Of a DNA stretch of 64,000 nucleotides, positions 40,591 to 48,100 are shown piece after piece. Source of the stretch: an uncultured delta proteobacterium (GTDB taxonomy: Bacteria; Myxococcota_A; Polyangia; Polyangiales; Polyangiaceae); contig CAWKKR010000001.1 in the NCBI GenBank assembly GCA_963850305.1, positions 800,001-864,000 on the forward strand, read 5' to 3'. The translations under genes and the position numbers were made by a program. How positions within the stretch are numbered: position 1 is the stretch's first letter; each line of letters opens with the position of its first letter. Below the pieces are notes generated by a model, which was not told the origin of the DNA, searched no databases, and saw nothing but the letters and a program-made list of their open reading frames with translations.

Positions 40591-41751
40591 TCAAGCGGCA
40601 TGAATCTCGGCGACGCGCTCCCCCGAGGACCCGATGTCGTAGCCGAGCGACGCGAACTCGTGGCGCAGCGGCGCGGCCACCATCAAATCCAGCAGACGGA
40701 CCAGGCGAGGATCGTCCAGGCCCTCCGTCGGGACGACGAGATCGTAGCGTTCTTCGGCGACGGAGATGAAGTCGAGCCCGAAAGCGAGCGCCGCATCGCG
40801 CGTCGCGATGCCGAGGTCCGCGGCGCCGATGGAGATGGCGTGCGCGACCTCGAGATGACCCGTCACGTGCACCGCTTGGGCCGGCGCGACGGGGAATGCG
40901 ACCCCGGCGCGAGCGGCTTCCAGATCGAACAGACGCCGGGCACCCGAGCCCGCCTCCCGCAGGGCGACGCGGAGCTCGGGGCGCGCCAGATCACCCGCGC
41001 CGCGAATCCGCCTCGGATTGCCAGGGGCGACGAGCAAGCCCGCTTCCCAGCGCGCGAGCGTGATGAGAACGACGCTGCGTCCGTGGACGTGGCGGCGGAC
41101 GTCGGGCACGTTCGCTTCCCCCGTTCGTCCGTCCACCAGATGGACGCCCGCGACGTGCGCCTGATGACGGCCGAGCGCGTCCAGAGCCCGCGTGCTCCCG
41201 CGCACGAACGACAGGAACCGGCCCGGTCCCGGGCGCGCGTTGAGTCGATCCGCGAGGAGGCCGAGCGCGGGCGCGCACCCCATGATCACGAAGTTCGCGC
41301 GACAGTCGGACAGCGGGCGGAGCAGGTGCACGTCCGAGCCCGGCGCTTCGGAGATCAACGCATCTGCGGACGAGCCGAGCCCGTGATGCTCGAGCACATG
41401 AGAAACCCAGCGCCCGTCGATCTGCGCGAGCGCGACACGCCCCGTGGCCGAGCGCTCGGCGGGTTCGAGCGAGAGACGCACGCGCGCCGGCTCGTCCGCC
41501 TCGAAGAGCGTCTCCACCCGGCACCCGAGCACGCGTCCCAGGCATAACGCCACGTCCACGCCGGGGGTCGCGCGCCCCGCCTCGATCGCGCCGAGACTCT
41601 GGCGCGAGAGCCCGGCGCGGGCGGCGAGGTCAGTCTGAGACAGACCGCGCGCTTCGCGGAGCTCCCTCACGCGACAGACGCCCCTGGCCGGGGTCTGGAC
41701 GGAAGCCGGGGTCGCCCGCCGAGCTCTCTCCCGTCGCGTAGAAGAAGCCAT
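40591..41751 (-). CDS. XRE-type HTH + molybdate-type PBP-domain transcriptional regulator
   Basis: VRELREARGLSQTDLAARAGLSRQSLGAIEAGRATP; PBP-like domain as in MoeA-PBP/YvgK-type proteins: GSTRALDAL...AHVAGVHL, GLLVAPGNP, REAGSGARRLFD, HLEVA, ADLG, EERYDL. Confidence 0.88.
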   Translation of the reverse strand: MASSTRRERARRATPASVQTPARGVCRVRELREARGLSQTDLAARAGLSRQSLGAIEAGRATPGVDVALCLGRVLGCRVETLFEADEPARVRLSLEPAERSATGRVALAQIDGRWVSHVLEHHGLGSSADALISEAPGSDVHLLRPLSDCRANFVIMGCAPALGLLADRLNARPGPGRFLSFVRGSTRALDALGRHQAHVAGVHLVDGRTGEANVPDVRRHVHGRSVVLITLARWEAGLLVAPGNPRRIRGAGDLARPELRVALREAGSGARRLFDLEAARAGVAFPVAPAQAVHVTGHLEVAHAISIGAADLGIATRDAALAFGLDFISVAEERYDLVVPTEGLDDPRLVRLLDLMVAAPLRHEFASLGYDIGSSGERVAEIHAA

Positions 41752-41772
41752 GACAAGCGCACGTTACATTGC

Positions 41773-41788
41773 GACATGTATACTTGTC
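41773..41788. promoter_or_regulatory. Candidate operator palindrome overlapping a TATACT -10-like hexamer
   Basis: GACATGTATACTTGTC (7 of 8 pairs symmetric), 21 bp upstream of the regulator ATG in a divergent intergenic region. Confidence 0.55.
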
Positions 41789-41800
41789 ACCCAGGAAACG

Positions 41801-42081
41801 CGCTCGCTAATCAAGGGGGTCTTGACCCCCGCGGCTTGCTTCGCTCGCTAATCAAGGGGGTCTTGACCCCCGCGGCTTGCTTCGCAACCGCTCCCCCGCC
41901 GCCTTCGGCGGGCTCGCTCCGCTCGCTAATCAAGGGGGTCTTGACCCCCGCGGCTTGCTTCGCAACCGCTCCCCCGCCGCCTTCGGCGGGCTCGCTCCGC
42001 TCGCTAATCAAGGGGGTCTTGACCCCCGCGGCTTGCTTCGCAACCGCTCCCCCGCCGCCTTCGGCGGGCTCGCTCCGCTCG
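41801..42081 (+). repeat. Tandem array of triple-hairpin REP-like element: one 41-bp partial plus three identical 78-bp units
   Basis: Units start at 41801 (partial), 41842, 41920, 41998; each CGCTCGCTAATCAAGGGGGTCTTGACCCCCGCGGCTTGCTTCGCAACCGCTCCCCCGCCGCCTTCGGCGGGCTCGCTC. Confidence 0.95.
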
Positions 42082-42137
42082 AATCCGGCGAACCCCGTTG
42101 CGCTTGCGGCCCTCTTTCGGATTAGCTGCGTCACCCG

Positions 42138-42932
42138 ATGCTTCAGAGCTTCGACGCTCAGGCGGCTTGGTTCGGCACTCGCGCGGGGCTCCCGGAACCC
42201 GTGAAGGAACGGATCGCAGACGCGATCCTCATCCTCGGACGGCTGACGCCAGCGCGCCACGTCATCGATGTGGGCGCGGGGACCGGCGAGATCGGGCTCG
42301 AGCTCGTCGCGCGGGGCGTCGGCTACCTCGGCATAGACGAATCCGACGCGATGCTCGGAATCTTCCGACGACGCGCCGCCGAACGGCATCTGACACCCTC
42401 CCTGCTCGTGGCGGATGCTCGCGACCGCTGGCCAGTGGCGGACGCCTCCCAGCACGTCGTGTTCGGCTCGCGGAGCCTGCACTGGCTCGCCGCGGAGGAC
42501 GTCGCCGAGGAGGCGCTTCGCGTCGCCGCGCCGGGCGGGGCCGTTCTCCTCGTCGGGCGCGGCGTTCACGATCCTGCGGGGCCGCGTGAGCGCGTCCGTC
42601 GAGCGATGCGTGAGGCTCTGCGCGAGGCGGGCTTCGAGGGAAGAAACGGCGGACGGAGCACCGTCAATCTCCTTTCTGCCTGCACGGCTCGTGGCGCGAC
42701 GCCGATCGAGACGCGGACGGTCGCGCGCTGGACCGTCCGGCGCTCGCCTCGCGCGGCCATCGACGACTGGCGCGGCAAGAGCGGCCTCGCCGGCATCGAG
42801 GTACCCCCGGCAGAAAAGAGCGCCATTCTGGCCCGCGTCACCGAGTTCGCCGAGAGCGCGTTCGCGAACATCGACGAGCCCATCGAATCCGAAGAATGTT
42901 ACACGCTCGAGGGCGCGACCCTGACCCCATGA
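42138..42932 (+). CDS. Class I SAM-dependent methyltransferase
   Basis: VIDVGAGTG, GIDESDAML, VADA, SLHWL, APGG. Confidence 0.88.
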   Translation: MLQSFDAQAAWFGTRAGLPEPVKERIADAILILGRLTPARHVIDVGAGTGEIGLELVARGVGYLGIDESDAMLGIFRRRAAERHLTPSLLVADARDRWPVADASQHVVFGSRSLHWLAAEDVAEEALRVAAPGGAVLLVGRGVHDPAGPRERVRRAMREALREAGFEGRNGGRSTVNLLSACTARGATPIETRTVARWTVRRSPRAAIDDWRGKSGLAGIEVPPAEKSAILARVTEFAESAFANIDEPIESEECYTLEGATLTP

Positions 42933-42954
42933 GCAAAACGGCGCCCGAGCCCGG

Positions 42955-43776
42955 ATGAAAGACGATCTGCTCACCGAGCTCGGGCATTCGCTCGTCACGG
43001 GCTCGCTCACGGACGACGAGCTCCTCGCGGAGACGCGCGGCCCGTCCATCATCAACATCTTGCCGGACGCGAATGTCCTCAAGATCGGCGGACAGAGCAT
43101 CATCGATCGCGGTCGCGCGGCCGTGTTCCCGCTGGTCGACGAGATCGCGGCGAACCTGAAATCCCACAAGATGATCATCGGCACGGGAGCGGGAACGCGC
43201 GCTCGCCACGCCTACAGCGTCGGGATCGATCTCGGGATGCCGACGGGCGTGCTCAGCGTCCTCGGGACGTTCGTGAGCATGCAGAATGCGCGGATGCTGC
43301 ACTACCTGCTCGCGAGGTACGGCATCCCGTTCATCGAGCCGGCGCAGTTCCCGCAGCTCCCCCACTACCTCGAGGAGCGACGCGCGGCGGTGTTCTTCGG
43401 CATGCCGCCCTACACGTATTTTCACCGGAACCCCGCGACCGGCCGCATCCCGCCGCATCGGACGGACACCGGCGCGTACCTCGTGAGCGAGGTGTTCGGA
43501 GCTCGGTCCATGATCTACGTCAAGGACGAAGACGGTCTCTTCACGGCCGATCCGAAGAAAGACCCCTCGGCGAAGTTCATCCCGAAGATCAGCGTCGAGG
43601 AGCTCGTCGCGCTGGATCTGGGAGACGTCGTGATCGAGCGCGCCGTGCCGGAGATGATGGCGAACGCGGAGCACATGAGAACCATCCAGATCGTGAACGG
43701 CCTGGTCCCCGGCAACCTGACGCGCGCCCTCGACGGCGAACACGTCGGAACCCTCATTTACGCGGACTCTCCGTAA
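42955..43776 (+). CDS. mosB: Molybdenum storage protein, beta-like subunit (amino-acid kinase/UMP kinase fold)
   Basis: SLTD..L, ILPDANVLKIGGQSIIDRGRAAVFPLVDEI, IGTGAGTRARH.YS, GMPPY, VKDEDGLFTADPK, NGLVPGNLTRALDGEHVGT match Azotobacter MosB as I recall it. Confidence 0.88.
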   Translation: MKDDLLTELGHSLVTGSLTDDELLAETRGPSIINILPDANVLKIGGQSIIDRGRAAVFPLVDEIAANLKSHKMIIGTGAGTRARHAYSVGIDLGMPTGVLSVLGTFVSMQNARMLHYLLARYGIPFIEPAQFPQLPHYLEERRAAVFFGMPPYTYFHRNPATGRIPPHRTDTGAYLVSEVFGARSMIYVKDEDGLFTADPKKDPSAKFIPKISVEELVALDLGDVVIERAVPEMMANAEHMRTIQIVNGLVPGNLTRALDGEHVGTLIYADSP

Positions 43777-43787
43777 CCGGAGCGACC

Positions 43788-44603
43788 ATGGCCGACGATA
43801 GACATCACCTGCGCTCGCTCCTCATGCGGGAGAGCCTCGTCGACAAGGACGTGATCCGTTCCACGGACGGGCCCATCGTTCGCATGTTGCCCGACGTGCA
43901 CGTCGTGAAGATCGGCGGCGCGTCCGTCATCGACCGCGGCAAGGAGCGTCTGTTTCCCATCGTCGAGGTGCTCGGTCGCCTGCTCGGGCGGGAGCGCTTG
44001 ATCCTGGGAACCGGCGGCGGCGCGCGCAGCCGGCACGTGTTTTCGATCGGCCTCGATCTCGGGTTGCCGGTCGGCGTGCTCGCGGAGCTCAGCGGCGCCG
44101 ATGCACTCGGCAATGCGCACATCCTCGGAACCCTGCTCGCCCCGCTCGGCGTGGTGGCGATTCCGCCGGAAATGTTCGGGCACCTGCTGCCGCTCTTCAT
44201 CACCGCCGCTCCCGGCGTCATCTTCAATGGCGTGCCCCCTTACAAGCTGTGGGAGCACCCGCCGCGCATCGGACGCATCCCGCCGCATCGCACGGACGCC
44301 GGATGCTTCCTCGTCGCGGAATCCTTCGGCTGCAAGACGCTCACGCTCGTGAAGGACGTCGATGGCCTTTACCTGGAAGACCCGAAGAAGAATTCGTCCG
44401 CGCAGTTCATCCCCGAGATCGGGGTCCGCGAGCTGCGTGCAAAAAAACTCAAGACGTTGCCCTTCGACGCCGTGCTCCTCGAGCTACTCGAAACGGCGCG
44501 GCTCCTCGATCGCTTTCAGATCGTGAACGCGTCGAAGCCCGAGCTCATCGAGCGGGCCCTGGCCGGCGAACGAGTCGGAACGATCGTCCACAAGGACGGC
44601 TGA
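43788..44603 (+). CDS. mosA: Molybdenum storage protein, alpha-like subunit
   Basis: HLRSLLMRESLVDKD, VVKIGG, RHVFSIGLDLGLPVG, NAHIL, RIPPHRTD; paralog of the preceding gene, 11 bp downstream. Confidence 0.82.
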   Translation: MADDRHHLRSLLMRESLVDKDVIRSTDGPIVRMLPDVHVVKIGGASVIDRGKERLFPIVEVLGRLLGRERLILGTGGGARSRHVFSIGLDLGLPVGVLAELSGADALGNAHILGTLLAPLGVVAIPPEMFGHLLPLFITAAPGVIFNGVPPYKLWEHPPRIGRIPPHRTDAGCFLVAESFGCKTLTLVKDVDGLYLEDPKKNSSAQFIPEIGVRELRAKKLKTLPFDAVLLELLETARLLDRFQIVNASKPELIERALAGERVGTIVHKDG

Positions 44604-44687
44604 CGCGCGGACCTGGTTACGTTCCTACTGGACGACCCGATCGGCTCCCGAAATTGCAGCCCCGACAAAAATCGGGACTCGACTTGG

Positions 44688-44968
44688 GCGATCCCGCCTT
44701 GCCGGCAAGGACGGATCGCTCAGCTCAAGCGATCCCGCCTTCCCGGCAAGGCCGATCCGCTCAGTTCAAGCGATCCCGCCTTCCCGGCAAGGCCCCACTC
44801 GCTCAACTCAAGCGATCCGTCCTTCCCGGCAAGGCCCCACTCGCTCAACTCAAGCGATCCGTCCTTCCCGGCAAGGCTCCACTGGCTCGAATCAAGCGAT
44901 CCGTCCTTCCCGGCAAGGACAGATCGCTCAGCTCAAGCGATCCCGCCTTCCCGGCAAGGCCCCCTTGG
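44688..44968 (+). repeat. Tandem array of seven 41-42 bp imperfect palindromic units
   Basis: GCGATCC anchors at 44688, 44729, 44770, 44812, 44854, 44896, 44937; core GCGATCC(CG/GT)CCTT(C/G)CCGGCAAGG plus ~15 bp semi-variable segment. Confidence 0.92.
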
Positions 44969-45042
44969 TTAGCGAGCGGAGCGAGCCCGCCGAAGGCGGC
45001 GGGGAGCGGTCGCGAAGCGAGCCGGGGGGCAAGGCCCCCTTG
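44969..45042 (-). repeat. Triple-hairpin REP-like element, copy C (inverted)
   Basis: TTAGCGAGCGGAGCGAGCCCGCCGAAGGCGGCGGGGAGCGGTCGCGAAGCGAGCCGGGGGGCAAGGCCCCCTTG. Confidence 0.9.
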
Positions 45043-45172
45043 GCTCAGCCAGGCCGGTTCCAGAGTCGCGAAGATACGGGTAAGATCCGTACCGCACGGT
45101 AACCGGACCGCCGGACGGAGCACACATCGTGCTGCGCCGCGGCGCTGCTGCTCCCTCTTACGTCCTTACGTC

Positions 45173-48100
45173 ATGAAGCGCGTCACCTCCTTACTAGCCT
45201 CGGTCGGATTCCTCGCTTCCTACGCGGCCTCGGCGAGTGCCCAGGTGTCCGTCACCCTGTACCCATCCCAGGACACGACGATCTACAGCGATTCCGTGAA
45301 CGCGGACGACGGCGGGGGGAGCACGATCTACGCGGGCGTCAATGGCTCCGGCGGGTCGCGTCGGATCCTGGTCGAGTTCAACGTGGGTTCGATACCCAGC
45401 GGCTCCTCGATCCAGAGCGCGACGCTGTGGCTCTACTGCACAACCGTTCCAAGCGCGCCAGTCGACGAGACGCTCTACGCCCTCCGGATCACCAATAGCT
45501 GGGGAGAAGGCGGCGATACCAGCGGCGGAAGCGGTGGAACGACCGCCGGTGGCGGCGCCGCGACGTGGAACTACCGGTTCTACGCGTACTCGGCCTGGGG
45601 CAGCGCTGGAGCCGACGTTTATCCTTACGCAACGTCCGCCTGGACCGAGGACGGATCGACGGGGTGGAAGTCCTGGCCAAACATGCAGGGCGATGTGTCG
45701 GCCTGGGTGAACGGTACGGACGGCAACTACGGCTGGATGATCTACGACTACCCCGGGAACGACTACACGGCGCGCGCGTTTTACTCCCGCACGGGGGCCA
45801 CTCCGCCGGAGCTCATCATCTCCTATTACAAGCCGCTCGGCGCGACGTGCAGCGCGAGCTCGCAGTGCGGGAGCGGCGCTTGCACGAACGGATATTGCTG
45901 CAACGTCTCGAGTTGCCCGGCACAGAACGAGTGCCAGTCTTCGGCGCCGACCTGCGGACCGTCCGGAACGTGCAGCAATCCCGCGGTCGCGAACGGGACG
46001 GCGTGCAGCAGCGATGGCAATCCCTGCACGATCGATGAATGCATCGGGGGCGCGTGTAGCCACCCCGCAGCGGGCAGCATCACCTGTCCGGACGATGGGA
46101 ACCCTTGCACGAGCGACGTCTGCAGCGGCACCAGCTGCACGCACCCGGCAGGCAATGACGGAGCAGCGTGCGCGGCCGATAGCGACCCTTGCACGAGCGA
46201 CATCTGCAGTGGGGGGGCATGCACGCATCCCGCCGGAAACGACGGGGCGACCTGCGACGACGGCAACGCCTGCACCCAGGTCGACGAGTGCTCCGGCGGA
46301 ACCTGTCAGGGCTCGAGTCCGGTCTCTTGCTCGGCGCTGGACGAATGCCACACGGCCGGCACCTGCAACCCCTCGACCGGGATTTGCTCGACGCCGACCA
46401 AGTCCGACGGCACGGCGTGCACGGCCGACTCGAACCCCTGCACCCTGGACGAGTGCCTGAGCGGCACGTGCTCGCACCCCGCCGGCAATTCGGGCATGGC
46501 CTGCGCGGACGACGGGAACGAGTGCACGAGCGACACCTGCGACGGAACGCACACCGTCTGCGAGCATCCGCCGAAGAGCTCTGGCACGGCCTGCACGGCC
46601 GACACGAACCCGTGCACCCTCGATCAATGCGATGGCGCAGGGACCTGCGCGCATCCCGCCGGCAACGCGGGCACGCAATGTAGCGGCCCGAGCTGTGCGT
46701 GCCCCGGGGGTCCGTGCACGGCGACCCTGGCCTCCACCTGCAGCGGAACCAGCACGACCTGTCCGACTGCCGGCACCGTGTCCTGCGCCGGCGAACTCTG
46801 CTCCGGAAATGTGTGTGCGGGAGGGTGCAGCAAGGACACGGATTGCAGCGCAGGAAACTTCTGCCTCGGTGGCAAGTGCACGAGCACCCGGGCCAATGGC
46901 GACCCGCTCGGCTGCTCCGCGGACGACTACTGCACGAGCGGCAACTGCGTCGACGGCTATTGCTGCAACACGGCCTGCGCCGGGGGAACGACGGACTGCC
47001 AGGCGTGCAGCGTCCCGGGTAAGCTCGGGACGTGCTCGCCGATCCCGGCCAAGACCCCGTGTCGCGCGGCGAACGGCGTTTGCGACGCGGCGGATAGCTG
47101 CGACGGCACGAACACCGCGTGTGTGGACTCGAAGCTGCCGAGCGGCACGGCTTGCCCCGACGACGGGAACGAGTGCACGAGCGATACGTGCGACGGCACG
47201 GACAACGCTTGCCAGCACCCGAACAAGAGCGCCGGCACCGCGTGCACGGACGACGGCAATCCCTGCACCACGGACACTTGCCAGGGCGGCTCGTGCAGTC
47301 ACCCGGCGGGGAACGCAGGGACCACGTGTCGCGGCCTGAACGGAACCTGTGATGTCATCGAAACGTGCACGGGTTCGAGCACCAGCTGCCCCGCGGACGC
47401 GTTCAAGCCGGCGAGCACGGCGTGCCGGACCGAGTCGTGCGCGGGCGGCGTCCAGACGAACGCCGCCAACTGTTCCGGTACCGGACCCGCCTGTCCCGTC
47501 GCGACGACGGCCACGTGCGATCCTTACGTCTGCGGCCCCAACGCCTGCTTGACCGGCTGCACCACGGACGCCAATTGCATCAGCGGCGACTGGTGCAATC
47601 CGGGCACGAAGACGTGTCAGCCGAAGCTTGCCACGGGGATCGCCTGCACGACCGCGGACTCCTGCACGTCGGGCTTCTGCGTCGACGACGTTTGCTGCGG
47701 CAGCGCGTGCACCGGGCAATGCCAGGCCTGCGACGTCCCGTCGAAGCTCGGGGTGTGCACGCCGACCGTGGGAACGCCGCACGGCACGCGCGCGGCGTGC
47801 ATCAGCGACGGGTCGACGTGCGGCGGCGCGTGCGACGGCACCGTCGTCACGGGATGCCATTATCCCGCGTCGACGACCCAGTGCCGCGCACCGGCGTGCA
47901 TCGACGGCGAGGCCACGCTCGCCGCCAACTGTAGCGGAGCCGGCAAGTGCCCGGCCCTGCAAACTCAGGATTGCGGACAGTACGAGTGCGGCCCGACCGC
48001 TTGCCTCGGCAACTGCGCGAACGACGCGAATTGCGTCCCGGGCGACTTCTGCTCGGCGAACGTCTGCGTGCCGCGGATGACGGCGGGGCAAGCCTGCGGC

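Noticed and set aside
41801..42081. CRISPR array or coding ORFs (41776..42204, 41811..43184, 41877..42125)
   Set aside because: The units are identical with no spacers, and the ORFs simply translate the repeat.
42955..44603. Duplicated uridylate kinase (pyrH)
   Set aside because: Same fold, but the motifs and the Mo-gene context fit MoSto, and the usual rpsB-tsf-frr neighbourhood is absent.
44688..44968. CRISPR array
   Set aside because: Inter-repeat segments are only ~15 bp, similar to each other and two are identical; no cas genes in the window.
44249..45172. N-terminal 300-aa extension of the 1851-aa ORF
   Set aside because: It overlaps mosA and the repeat arrays; the signal peptide begins at ATG 45173.
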